Shown here in pieces: positions 1-9,517 of a DNA stretch of 41,141 bases (its first letter is position 1; each line of letters starts with the position of its first letter). The DNA lies in the IMG/VR virus record IMGVR_UViG_2718218171_000006, positions 1 to 41,141 of that record; one strand, 5' to 3'. Below the pieces are notes generated by a model. It saw nothing but the letters and a program-made list of their open reading frames with translations. It was not told the DNA's origin and searched no databases. The stretch comes from a virus (lineage: Duplodnaviria; Heunggongvirae; Uroviricota; Caudoviricetes). Position numbers and translations under genes: made by a program.

Positions 1-318
1 TCACCCACGATTAACCAACAGCCAGACCAGCAGACACGCCACCACCGGCACAGCAAAATCCATCAGGCTTGCCACATCCCACGCGCGCGGATCAAAACCG
101 CCCCACCACGGCATATTCATTCGCTTGCCATGCCCGAACATTTCAATCCAGCGATATTCTGCCTGGGTGTGTTCACGCGCAATGAAGAACGTACAACCGG
201 CTATCGCCCCGTAAACCCAGTTTCCGGTAAAAAGACCAATCAGTAGCTGCGCAGCCACAGCACAAAGTGCATGAAGGAAAGGTGTTATATCCATTACTCC
301 TCCTTTATCAGATATCAC
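1..318 (-). CDS. Small hydrophobic (predicted inner-membrane) protein, function unknown; stop codon at 1..3
   Basis: 105-aa ORF with 2-3 hydrophobic segments (LCAVAAQLLIGLF, VVACLLVWLLV); lies downstream of the tail-fibre genes; family not recognised. Confidence 0.45.
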   Translation of the reverse strand: MISDKGGVMDITPFLHALCAVAAQLLIGLFTGNWVYGAIAGCTFFIAREHTQAEYRWIEMFGHGKRMNMPWWGGFDPRAWDVASLMDFAVPVVACLLVWLLVNRG

Positions 319-1009
319 TTCGGGAAGTTGATAACAACTTTAATTCTGACTCAAGTTCATCAATTCTTTCAGTCAGTTTCTGGATATGGTGAATCAGTGG
401 AACAACCAGACGTTCGTACATTACACCTTCGGCAACAAGGCCATTGCTGGAAATAGCTTCAGGAGCATCATCTTCGTTAGCTGGTCGCCAGTGTACAAAC
501 TGAGGAGCAATTTCTCCCACTTCCTCGGCAATCAATCCGTAGAATCCCCAGTCACTCCTGTCATTTTCGCATTGCGACCTGTACCACACAGGGCGCATCC
601 TGAAAATGAGATCGGCGTGCTCTGAATCTATTGTCTCTACTGAATGTTTATAGCGAATAGACGATGTTGACCGCAGTACAGACGAAATTGCAGGGTCAGG
701 ATTAAGATAAAGATTTGCCGCCGCTGTAGTCGTGCCCAATTCCCATAAATAAAACGCTTCACGGCCAGTCAGCGGGTAAAAATCTCCACCATAACGACCG
801 CTTTCCAGATCGTTCACTTCCAGTTTGTTTTTCAGCTTATTATCAACTTCAGTTTTTGTGTATCTGGTGCTGATATCCTGCTTTGCACTGGTCATATCAG
901 TCTGAAGCGTTGATACTTTTCCGTTAATTGAGGAAATATCTTCCTTAGTTTTACTGACATCTCCCTTTAGCGTGGTGATATCTCCTGGAATTACTGTCGA
1001 TGTAGCCAT
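308..1009 (-). CDS. Tail-fibre-like protein with C-terminal intramolecular-chaperone (peptidase S74-like) domain
   Basis: 233 aa; N-terminal coiled repeats; C-terminal segment ...GVMYERLVVPLIHHIQKLTERIDELE resembles the auto-processing chaperone end of tail spikes/fibres. Confidence 0.5.
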   Translation of the reverse strand: MATSTVIPGDITTLKGDVSKTKEDISSINGKVSTLQTDMTSAKQDISTRYTKTEVDNKLKNKLEVNDLESGRYGGDFYPLTGREAFYLWELGTTTAAANLYLNPDPAISSVLRSTSSIRYKHSVETIDSEHADLIFRMRPVWYRSQCENDRSDWGFYGLIAEEVGEIAPQFVHWRPANEDDAPEAISSNGLVAEGVMYERLVVPLIHHIQKLTERIDELESELKLLSTSRSDI

Positions 1010-1018
1010 TTGTCTCCC

Positions 1019-1300
1019 TCACATCCAGCCACGAAGTTGATGCTCAACAACAACCGCGTATTTATCGAATATTGACGATTTTTTTGCATCATTAATGATG
1101 CGCACGTTTACAAAATATCCGTCTTCCTTAACACATACCGGTTCGCCATCTTCAGTCAGTTCTCCGGTTTCTTTGTACACGTTACCTATCACGTCAATAA
1201 GAATATTATCCTGCATCGACTCGTCATCATAATAGCCAGTGCTCTCCATAAAGGCCGAAAAGTCGGCCTTGTCTGCAAATTTGAGTGTTAAATCTTTCAT
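1019..1300 (-). CDS. Hypothetical protein associated with the tail-fibre cluster
   Basis: 93-aa ORF tightly packed between stf and the S74-domain gene; no family recognised. Confidence 0.4.
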   Translation of the reverse strand: MKDLTLKFADKADFSAFMESTGYYDDESMQDNILIDVIGNVYKETGELTEDGEPVCVKEDGYFVNVRIINDAKKSSIFDKYAVVVEHQLRGWM

Positions 1301-3672
1301 TAGATTGACTCCCCCACCTGAGCATCAGTCAATTCCTTGTGCCATATTCTGAAATTCCTGACATGACCAAATAAATGACGTAACCCGGCAGTAGTCTGGC
1401 CTCCAATACGGATAATTGCGGTGTTCTGAATACAGGACCATGTGGTTTTTGTTTCGCTGGATATACGCCCGTTACTTACTGAGCACGTAGACTGATCTGA
1501 CTTTACACGCATCCCCATAACCATTTTTTCAAGCAATGCGTTTTCGTTTACCCGTCTGTTAGCTCCTCCAATATCGCAATAAGGAAATCCGTCGTAATCT
1601 GCTGAAGAACCGAATCCAAGAATAATTGCCGCTCCGGTTTGATGACCGCCGGTGTCAAAAACACGCGGCGCTGCATTTGGCGTTTTATACCAGTTCTTAT
1701 GTACCTCACAAAGAACCGTAAAAGGAAGATTATAAAGATTATTCTTAATGGGAACTGTGACTATATCGCTTGCGCGGGTCGCCGCCGTCGTTCCTGATAT
1801 AATAAAAGATGATACACAAGGCCCATTTTCTACTTGTGGGGTGGCCAGATAAATATAGTCACCAGATACGGTTGCCCCGCCCTGCTTAGGAGAATACTGT
1901 ATCTGAGAACCTATTTTTAACTCCCCATCAATTGCCTGAATTGTTGCCTCTGCAAAAATCCATCCGGTAGCTTCGTCCTTTCTGACTCTCGCTGTAATCC
2001 TTGAGGCAGCACCGCCTGTCATATTAATTTCAAGCGTTTGTGTATCAATATACGCATCACCAAGAAAAGTTGTTGCGCTACCGTCATATTTATCAAACCG
2101 GATACGCAACCTTACCTGCAGTTCTGTTTTAAAACGACATGAGGTTGTCACGTATTTATTATCGCCTGAGACATCAACTGACTTTGTTGCAGCAATTGAT
2201 GCCATATTAATGGCTGAGGTTTGCCCAATCAGAGAATCGTTACAGACAAACTTTCCATAGGTAAAACCAAAACTATCCTTCCCGGTTTCGGGAACATCCA
2301 TATTTGACGATCGCCCCCAACTGGCAGGGCTTTCCGAATTGAGCATGTAGTTCGTTCTTTGCCCCTCAATAAGCAGGCCATCACGTTCAAACCGTGGCTC
2401 GTCAATGGCAGCCTCTGTCAGCACACCAGATTTATTAATATAGGTTGCTTTCGATGCACGTTTAAACTTAACAATCTTGTCGCCAGGCATCGTTATTTCA
2501 TCGTCACCAATAACAATTTTTTTATATGATGGTGAAAAGCCCGTAATCATATCCAGCGAATCGTTAAATGGTATCCACACATCGGGAAGCGGCTGTAAGA
2601 CATATTTATACGGCTCCGCAGCCTGGCTTGCGTACTCTCTGGCTGCATCTTCGCTTGCTTTAGCTGCCGTCTGGCTTGCTGCCGATGCTTTCGCTGAGTT
2701 CGCAGCCGCTGTTTCGCTCACCTTTGCGTTGGTTTCACTGGTTTTTGCTGCTTTTTGACTGTTAGCTGATGCAGTGGCAGAAGAAGCCGCCGCACTTGCA
2801 GAACCAGCTGCGGCACTCTCGCTTTGGGCCGCTGCATCCTGACTGTTTTTCGCCGCAGTTTCGCTGGCTTTGGCATTCGTTTCGCTGGTCTTCGCTGCCG
2901 TCTGGCTGGACTTTGCGTTAGTTTCACTCGTCTTCGCTGCTTTCTGACTGTTAGCCGCAGCAGTTGCTGATCCAGCAGCTGAAGTCGCAGAACCGGCCGC
3001 CGCACTCTCGCTTTCAGCTGCTGCATCCTGACTGCTTTTCGCCGCAGTTTCACTGGCTTTGGCATTCGTTTCGCTGGTTTTCGCTGCCGTCTGGCTGGAC
3101 TTTGCGTTGGTTTCGCTCGTCTTTGCGGCTGTCTCGCTGTTTTTCGCGTTGGTTTCTGATTTTTTGGCTGCTGTCGCGGAGTTTGCCGATGCAGTCTGTG
3201 AGGTCGCTGCCGCCTGTGCACTATTAGCTGCATTCGTTTCTGAGGTTTTCGCCGCGTTCTTCGATGATGCCGCTGCAGTTTCGGATTTCTTTGCCGCCGC
3301 TGCGCTCTGAGAGGCGGCTTCAGCGTTGCGTGCCGCTTCTTCCACCATTTCCTCAAAACGACGCAATGCCTCCGGCATGACATCATCTTCCGTCATGGCA
3401 CCGAGAAAATCATTCAGCGTCCCCGGCTTAGAATCTTCATACACGGTGATGGTCCCGGCATGTGAAGGCGGAAAACCTTCAACCAGCAGGATAACGCTGT
3501 ACTGGCCATACTCAACAGCCATACTGTAACGCCCGGCTTCATCCGGATTTTCTGAGGCCACCGTGTTTACCACAACCGTGGTGCTGTTACGTTTTGCTTT
3601 GAGCTGAATGGTGCAGTTCTGTATCGGTTTTCCTGCACCGTCTTTCAGCACACCTGAAATCTGTACTGCCAT
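1300..3672 (-). CDS. stf: Side tail fibre protein (lambda Stf homologue, divergent C-terminal receptor-binding part)
   Basis: N-terminus MAVQISGVLKDGAGKPIQNCTIQLKAKRNSTTVVVNTV... closely matches lambda Stf; ATG at 3672 preceded by GGAG (the ORF track extends to a GTG at 3678); long A/S/T/K-rich repeat region. Confidence 0.85.
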   Translation of the reverse strand: MAVQISGVLKDGAGKPIQNCTIQLKAKRNSTTVVVNTVASENPDEAGRYSMAVEYGQYSVILLVEGFPPSHAGTITVYEDSKPGTLNDFLGAMTEDDVMPEALRRFEEMVEEAARNAEAASQSAAAAKKSETAAASSKNAAKTSETNAANSAQAAATSQTASANSATAAKKSETNAKNSETAAKTSETNAKSSQTAAKTSETNAKASETAAKSSQDAAAESESAAAGSATSAAGSATAAANSQKAAKTSETNAKSSQTAAKTSETNAKASETAAKNSQDAAAQSESAAAGSASAAASSATASANSQKAAKTSETNAKVSETAAANSAKASAASQTAAKASEDAAREYASQAAEPYKYVLQPLPDVWIPFNDSLDMITGFSPSYKKIVIGDDEITMPGDKIVKFKRASKATYINKSGVLTEAAIDEPRFERDGLLIEGQRTNYMLNSESPASWGRSSNMDVPETGKDSFGFTYGKFVCNDSLIGQTSAINMASIAATKSVDVSGDNKYVTTSCRFKTELQVRLRIRFDKYDGSATTFLGDAYIDTQTLEINMTGGAASRITARVRKDEATGWIFAEATIQAIDGELKIGSQIQYSPKQGGATVSGDYIYLATPQVENGPCVSSFIISGTTAATRASDIVTVPIKNNLYNLPFTVLCEVHKNWYKTPNAAPRVFDTGGHQTGAAIILGFGSSADYDGFPYCDIGGANRRVNENALLEKMVMGMRVKSDQSTCSVSNGRISSETKTTWSCIQNTAIIRIGGQTTAGLRHLFGHVRNFRIWHKELTDAQVGESI
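2770..3200. repeat. Tandem imperfect direct repeats (~189 bp period, 2+ copies) inside stf
   Basis: DNA at ~2770..2958 repeats at ~2959..3147 with a partial third copy; encodes 63-aa units KTSETNAKSSQTAAKTSETNAKASETAAK... Confidence 0.7.
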
Positions 3673-3685
3673 ATTCACTCCACAA

Positions 3686-3711
3686 ATAAAAAAGGCACCA
3701 TTTCTGGTGCC
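3686..3711 (-). terminator. Intrinsic terminator/attenuator between J and stf
   Basis: Hairpin GGCACCA-TTTC-TGGTGCC (3694..3711) followed on the minus strand by TTTTTTAT. Confidence 0.5.
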
Positions 3712-3730
3712 CGAATTTGGGTTTTAAAAT

Positions 3731-6700
3731 TCAGCTAATCGTGATGCCTGCAGTGGCTTTCTTCATCACAACAACCAGCAAATCGCTGATACTTGCTGTG
3801 GGATACCAACCATTTACCCACCATGCTGATACAGAAAACTCCAGTGTCATTACGCCACTGCCTGCTGGCATATCAATAACACCCGTGTAAATCAGAGTAT
3901 TATCCAGAGCCGTTCGGTTATAAATTTCAGCCCCGTTTTTCTTCACTATCAGGCGGCATGACGAATAAGTATCGCTATTCTCCCGCTCATGTCTGGCACC
4001 GCAGAAAGCCACCGCTGGAATAACAATTTGCCGGTCAAACGGCTGATCGTCATAAACCCTGACGGTAATGGTCCCTGATGGCCACCGCTCCGGTGCACGG
4101 GAGTCCCGGGGGAAAGCTTTGCCCACTGTTTTAACGAGATCGCCTTCAATCTGGTTCGCGGACAGTTTTCCCAGAACCCGACAGTTCTCGTTAATCGTGA
4201 CGTTGTTGAGCGTCCCGGAGTTCGCATTCACGCTACCGCTGATATCGGCATTTTTCGCCGTCAGCCGCCCGTCCGGTGTCAGGGAAAATGCCGGAGGATT
4301 ACCGCCGCTGGTAATGGTCGGAGCCGTCAGGCGTTTCAGGAACACGTCGTTCATGAATATCTGATCGCCCTGACCAACAAACATTGGTCTTGTGTTGCCA
4401 TTAGACGGATCAATAAACGCGATACGGTTAGCGGCAACCAGGAACTGGCTCAGTTTGCCTTCCTCCGTATCCTCCATGCTGAGGCCAAGCCCCGCGACAT
4501 AATGCCTGCCGTCTTCGGTCTGCTCAATTTTGACGCCCCACATGGCATTCCATTTATCGTTGGCGTCTTTCCACTCTTTCGAAAACTCCTCCAGTTTGCT
4601 GGCGTTATCCTCCGTCAGCTCGACTTTTTCCAGCAGCTCCTTGCCGAGATGGGATTCAGTTATCTGGCCTTTGAAAAAATCCAGGTAACCTTCCGCATCA
4701 TCGCTCGCCCGACCGACAGCCTCCACGAATGCCGATTTGCCAACGGTGTTCACACTGCGAACGTAAAAATAATAATCATGGCCCGGCCTGATATTGATAC
4801 TGGCAGCTATCCAGTACAGCGCCGTGCCAAGATAGCGGGCTGTGGTTTCAACCTGCCTGATATCCGCAATCCGCTTTTCCGAGAACCAGAACTCAAACTG
4901 TACCGTCGGATCATAAACGGCAAGATGCGGCGTGGCGGTGATCTGAAAATAGCCCGGCGTCAGCTCAATCCGCGACGGCGCTGACGGTGCGGCAATCCGG
5001 AACGATACCGACGCCGGATCGCCCTGCTGTCCCCACGCATTTACCGCCCGGACTGTCAGCCTGTAGTTTCCCAGCGCCAGTTGCGTGAATCGGTATGTGG
5101 TTTCCGTCGTCCGGGCCGTGCTGACCAGCCGCTCACTGCCGTCATCCGCTGCCACGGTCAGGCGAAGCATAAAGCTCACACCCTTCACCACCTTCGGCGT
5201 ATCCCAGCGCGCCAGCACCTGGTATTCCCCGCTGTCTGCGGTGACTTCTGCGGTCAGGTGCTGCACTGCTGGCGGCGTGACACCATTCACCGTGCCGCTC
5301 TGGTCGCCGTCAAAGTGCGCCCCGTTATCCACGATGGCCTCTTTCTCCGGCACATGCTGCACAGCGGTGATGGCATACGTGCCGTCGTCATTCTCACGGA
5401 TACTCACGCAGCGGAACAGGCGCTGGCGCAGCGTCGGCAGCTTCAGCCCCCACACGCTGTACTCGGCAACGCCATCAGGAACCCGGCTCACTTTTATCTT
5501 CACGCCGTCGGTGACGGACTGGACCTCCACGCTGACCGGATTCCCCTGTCCGTCAACCAGGCTTATCAGCGTGGTGCCGGAGGATGGCAGCGTGATTTCA
5601 CGGTCGAGCGTCAGTGTCCGCGTCTGGCTGTTCACCGCCAGCACGCGCCCGCCGGTGCTGATCCCCGCATAGTCATCATCACAGATTTCAATGACATCGC
5701 CCGGTACATGGCGAAGCCCTTCTGCGCCCACGCTGAAGTCCACGGTCTGCGTTTCCAGCAGCTCCGTTTTAATCAGCCACAGCCCGGCGCGGTGTGCCTG
5801 CCCCCGGCTGGTACAGCCAAAGGCATCCATCTTCGTGACGTTACGACCGTAACGGAGAATGGCCTGCGTATCTTCAACAAGCTCTGTCGCCGTCTCCCAG
5901 CCGTTATTCGGATCAATCCAGTTCACCTCAACGGCATTATGGCGGTCCTTCAGGGCGCTGAAGCTGTAACGGAACGGCGCGCCATCATCCGGCATCACCA
6001 CATTACTGCGGTTATAGGTCCACACCTTATCCGACGGTCGGTCCTGCACGAACGTCAGCGTCTGCCCGTTCCATACCGGCATACAGCGCATCGCCGAGCA
6101 GAAATCACTGAGAACATCCCACGCCTTGCGCTGTGTGGTCAGGTAAGCGTTACAGGTGATGCGCGGCTCCGTGCCACCAAAGCCATCCGGCACCGACTGG
6201 TCGCAGTACTGGCCGATGACATACAGCGCCCATTTGTCCACATCCGCTGCACCAAGACGTTTCCCCATGCCGTAACGCGGGTGGGTCAGCATATCCCACA
6301 GACACCAGGCCATGTTGTTGCTGTATGCTGGCTTAAACGTTCCGTCCCAGATACCGCTGTATTGCCGCGTCTGCGGGTTATAGTTCGACGGCACCTGCAG
6401 AATGCGCCCGCGAAGATGATAATTACGGCTCACCTGCTGGCTGCCGAACTGTTCCGAGTCCACCTGCACGCCAACCAGTGCCGTGTTCGGGTAGCACTGT
6501 TTCACATCGATGATTTCAGTGTATGACGACCAGAGCGTTTTGTTCTGCAGCTGGTCTGTGGTGCTGTCCGGTGTCATCCTGCGCATACGGATATTAAACG
6601 GGCGCGGCGGCAGGTTACCCACCACCACCGAGGCCAGATACTGCGAGGTGGTTTTGCCCTTAATGGTGATGTCTTTTTCCGTCACCCAGCCACCGTTACG

Positions 6701-7126
6701 TTGTATCTGAACCAGCAGGCGGACTTCCGACGGATTCCGGTCCCCCTTTGAGGTGGTTTCCACCAGTGCCTGCACACCGAAGGTAAGGCGCAGACGGTCG
6801 ATGTTTGCAGACGTGATAGTGCGGGTGATCGGCGTGTCATATTTCACTTCCGTACCCAGCACCGTCTCGGAGCCGGAGGATTCAAACCCCTCCGGCGGTG
6901 TCTGCTCCTGCTCACCTGCCCGGAACACCACCGTGACACCGGAGATGTTGGTATTACCCTCAGTGTCCAGCACTGGCGTACTGTTCAGCAGCACGCTTTT
7001 TAATCCATCCACCGGACCTTCAATCGGCCCTTCGCTGATGGCATCGATCACACTCAGTAACTGCGTGGATTTCAGGTTGTCCTTTGCTTCGCGCGGGGTA
7101 TGCCCCTTACTGCTTCCTTTGCCCAT
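3731..7126 (-). CDS. J: Tail tip host-specificity protein J
   Basis: 1131 aa; N-terminus [42 protein letters not shown] as in lambda J; fibronectin-like central region. Confidence 0.95.
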   Translation of the reverse strand: MGKGSSKGHTPREAKDNLKSTQLLSVIDAISEGPIEGPVDGLKSVLLNSTPVLDTEGNTNISGVTVVFRAGEQEQTPPEGFESSGSETVLGTEVKYDTPITRTITSANIDRLRLTFGVQALVETTSKGDRNPSEVRLLVQIQRNGGWVTEKDITIKGKTTSQYLASVVVGNLPPRPFNIRMRRMTPDSTTDQLQNKTLWSSYTEIIDVKQCYPNTALVGVQVDSEQFGSQQVSRNYHLRGRILQVPSNYNPQTRQYSGIWDGTFKPAYSNNMAWCLWDMLTHPRYGMGKRLGAADVDKWALYVIGQYCDQSVPDGFGGTEPRITCNAYLTTQRKAWDVLSDFCSAMRCMPVWNGQTLTFVQDRPSDKVWTYNRSNVVMPDDGAPFRYSFSALKDRHNAVEVNWIDPNNGWETATELVEDTQAILRYGRNVTKMDAFGCTSRGQAHRAGLWLIKTELLETQTVDFSVGAEGLRHVPGDVIEICDDDYAGISTGGRVLAVNSQTRTLTLDREITLPSSGTTLISLVDGQGNPVSVEVQSVTDGVKIKVSRVPDGVAEYSVWGLKLPTLRQRLFRCVSIRENDDGTYAITAVQHVPEKEAIVDNGAHFDGDQSGTVNGVTPPAVQHLTAEVTADSGEYQVLARWDTPKVVKGVSFMLRLTVAADDGSERLVSTARTTETTYRFTQLALGNYRLTVRAVNAWGQQGDPASVSFRIAAPSAPSRIELTPGYFQITATPHLAVYDPTVQFEFWFSEKRIADIRQVETTARYLGTALYWIAASINIRPGHDYYFYVRSVNTVGKSAFVEAVGRASDDAEGYLDFFKGQITESHLGKELLEKVELTEDNASKLEEFSKEWKDANDKWNAMWGVKIEQTEDGRHYVAGLGLSMEDTEEGKLSQFLVAANRIAFIDPSNGNTRPMFVGQGDQIFMNDVFLKRLTAPTITSGGNPPAFSLTPDGRLTAKNADISGSVNANSGTLNNVTINENCRVLGKLSANQIEGDLVKTVGKAFPRDSRAPERWPSGTITVRVYDDQPFDRQIVIPAVAFCGARHERENSDTYSSCRLIVKKNGAEIYNRTALDNTLIYTGVIDMPAGSGVMTLEFSVSAWWVNGWYPTASISDLLVVVMKKATAGITIS

Positions 7127-7186
7127 TCGTCATGCTCCATAAACGACAAAACCGCCCGGAGGCGGTTTCACATAAAACATTTTGCA

Positions 7187-7834
7187 TCAGCGGCCAATCA
7201 CCACAACCTGACCACCGTCCCCTTCATCTGCCGTGCTGATCTCCTGAGAAACCACACGTGACCCCACGCGCATTTCACCATACAGAACAGGCAAAACATT
7301 GCCCTGAGCAACCATGTTATCCAGTGAGGAAAAATAGGTGTTCTGTTTGCCGTTATCTGTACTGGCTGCCGTGGACGTCCTGGCTTTCGGTGCCAGCATC
7401 TGCGCCACACCGCCCAGGATCATACTGGCCCCTGCCGCATACATGCCCGATACAGCCGCGGCACCCAGCCAGCCCACAGGGTTCCACCATGCCACCGCAA
7501 TCAACGCCGCCCCCAGCACCACCTGAAATACACCGCCACTTTTAGCTCCCGCCAGACGCGGCACGATATGGATCACGGCACCATTTGCCAGCGGCTCATT
7601 AAGACGGGCAGATAATTCGGTTTCACCTGCATCACGCCCGGCAATGCGCACCTGATACCAGCCGTCATTCAGTTTCTGACGAAACGCCGGGAGCTGTGTG
7701 GCCAGCGCCCGGATGGCTTCGGCCCCCGTTTTCACACGAAGGTCGATGCGGCGGCCAAATCGTTGCAAATCCCCGTAAAGGCAGATGCGTGCCATGCCCG
7801 GTGACGCCAGAGGGAGTGTGTGCGTCGCTGCCAT
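7187..7834 (-). CDS. I: Tail assembly protein I
   Basis: 215 aa; MAATHTLPLASPGMARICLYGDLQRFGRRIDLRVKTGAEAIRALATQLPAFRQK matches lambda I; overlaps the 3' end of K as in lambda. Confidence 0.9.
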   Translation of the reverse strand: MAATHTLPLASPGMARICLYGDLQRFGRRIDLRVKTGAEAIRALATQLPAFRQKLNDGWYQVRIAGRDAGETELSARLNEPLANGAVIHIVPRLAGAKSGGVFQVVLGAALIAVAWWNPVGWLGAAAVSGMYAAGASMILGGVAQMLAPKARTSTAASTDNGKQNTYFSSLDNMVAQGNVLPVLYGEMRVGSRVVSQEISTADEGDGGQVVVIGR

Positions 7835-8475
7835 TTGTCGGTATACCTCTCTCGTTTGCTCAGTTGTTCAGGAATATGGTGCAGCAGCTCGCCGTCACCA
7901 CAGTAAATGGCGGCATGATTCGGCACCGATGAACCAAAACAGCACAGCAGCACATCGCCCGGCTGCGCCGCTGACAACGGCACCTGATACAGCCCTGTGG
8001 CCTCCAGATTATCCAGATAGAGATTCTGACCGTGACGCCACCAGTCATCCCCGCGATGAAAATCCGGCATCTCAATCCCCGCCAGATGATAAGCATCCCG
8101 GAACAGCGTGTAACAGTCCGTCACCCCGTGCTCAAAGCGCCGCCCGGTAAGATGCGGCACACAGCGGAATTTATGAATCTCACCCCGGCAGACCAGCCAC
8201 CAAGGCAAATCGCTCTGCACCTGCAGCCGCCTGTCAGCCTCACTCAGCCAGGGCAGACCACCGGGGTGGCTGTGGACCAGCGCCACAATCTCACCCTGCA
8301 TCTCTGCCCGCAGCCAGTCCTCCGGCGACATCCGGAAATACGCCTCCGGCTCACCGGAGATATTCACGCAGGGAAAATATCTTTCCCCCTCCGGCGTTCT
8401 CACCACGAAGCCGCACGACTCCGCTGGCGCACATCGCCGGGCGTGCGCCAGAATCGCTGATTCTGTCTGTGTCAT
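7732..8475 (-). CDS. K: Tail assembly protein K (JAB/MPN plus NlpC/P60 domains)
   Basis: Start placed at ATG 8475 (MTQTESAILAHARRCAPAESCGFV...), 247 aa; the ORF-track start at 8550 would overlap L. Confidence 0.8.
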   Translation of the reverse strand: MTQTESAILAHARRCAPAESCGFVVRTPEGERYFPCVNISGEPEAYFRMSPEDWLRAEMQGEIVALVHSHPGGLPWLSEADRRLQVQSDLPWWLVCRGEIHKFRCVPHLTGRRFEHGVTDCYTLFRDAYHLAGIEMPDFHRGDDWWRHGQNLYLDNLEATGLYQVPLSAAQPGDVLLCCFGSSVPNHAAIYCGDGELLHHIPEQLSKRERYTDKWQRRTHSLWRHRAWHASAFTGICNDLAAASTFV

Positions 8476-8479
8476 GGGA

Positions 8480-9178
8480 TTACTGCGAAAGTTTGTTAAT
8501 GGAAAGGAAGCCGCCAAAGTTGCCGACGTTATTGCGAAACTTACAACCACTCAGGCATTTGCTGCATTTATCCTTCGTGATATCGGACGTCGGCTGGTCA
8601 TATTCATCAGCGACAGCCGGACCGTGATAACCGCACTCATCACCGCGATAGGTCCAGGTGCAGGTATTAGCCAGCATGATGCGCCCCGGAAAAACAGCAC
8701 CGTCCGTTTCCGTCGGCGTGGACAGTACAAAAGAGGCACTGACCGCGCTCAGTTCGCTGCACTGCTCGATGCGCCAGCGGCTGATCACCTCCTGCTCCGG
8801 ATCGGCGTCACTGTTTCCGTTGACGAAGTTCACCGCATCCAGAAAACGGGCGTAAACCTTACGCCTGACCACCGTTCCGCCGACCAGACTCTGCAGGTCT
8901 TCCGCCATCCCGGTGACCATTCCGTGCAGGTTAGAAACCGTCAGTGTCGGACGGGCAGCACTGCCCTTGCCGTTCAGTTCAAATCCCGTCCCCTGAATGG
9001 GGTATGCCTGATACTGCCGCCCCTGCCAGGTAACCGGCTCACCTTTTTCGTTCTGCTCATTACAGAAAAAATAACGTTCACCACCGACCTCTGTCAGATC
9101 GATTTCCCAGAGCACCACCTGGGCTGACTGAGTAAGGCGTGTCGTCTCATGATGTGTTTCCTGTGGAATATCCTGCAT
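8480..9178 (-). CDS. L: Minor tail protein L
   Basis: 232 aa, same length and gene order as lambda L; C-terminal Cys cluster CSKCLSGCKF. Confidence 0.9.
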   Translation of the reverse strand: MQDIPQETHHETTRLTQSAQVVLWEIDLTEVGGERYFFCNEQNEKGEPVTWQGRQYQAYPIQGTGFELNGKGSAARPTLTVSNLHGMVTGMAEDLQSLVGGTVVRRKVYARFLDAVNFVNGNSDADPEQEVISRWRIEQCSELSAVSASFVLSTPTETDGAVFPGRIMLANTCTWTYRGDECGYHGPAVADEYDQPTSDITKDKCSKCLSGCKFRNNVGNFGGFLSINKLSQ

Positions 9179-9187
9179 CAGGGCCTC

Positions 9188-9517
9188 CTATGCCACGACC
9201 TGTTCAAAATCTGCCGTTATGGTTACCCACAACGCCCCCACGCTTGCCGACCATTTACGACAAACCACCCTGATCGGCTTCCAGTCATAAGGTGGCGTCC
9301 ACTGAAATGCGCGGACGCCACCGTGCCGTTCCAGAAAGGCTTTTAAAGATGGGTGTTCACATTTACGAACACGTATCGTCACGCTGTAAGTCGACAACTG
9401 GTTATTCAGTCCCGCCGCACGACGCTGTTCATAACCATCGCCCAGCTTCACTGTCACCACTTTCGGCTCTGATACCACATTCATATCCGGGCGCACTTTC
9501 CAGTGAAACGTCTCCAT
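9188..9517 (-). CDS. M: Minor tail protein M
   Basis: 109 aa, same length and position as lambda M. Confidence 0.9.
   Translation of the reverse strand: METFHWKVRPDMNVVSEPKVVTVKLGDGYEQRRAAGLNNQLSTYSVTIRVRKCEHPSLKAFLERHGGVRAFQWTPPYDWKPIRVVCRKWSASVGALWVTITADFEQVVA

Noticed and set aside
2718-3386. 222-aa Arg/Gln/Pro-rich minus-strand ORF and plus-strand ORFs inside the stf repeat region
   Set aside because: Alternative or antisense frames across the tandem repeats; the Stf frame has clear homology, these do not.
5081-6526. 481-aa plus-strand ORF
   Set aside because: Lies entirely antisense within the J gene; Arg/His/Pro-rich translation typical of a spurious open frame in GC-rich DNA.
7732-8550. 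Long (272-aa) version of K starting at 8550
   Set aside because: Would overlap L by about 70 nt; the conserved K N-terminus begins at the ATG at 8475.
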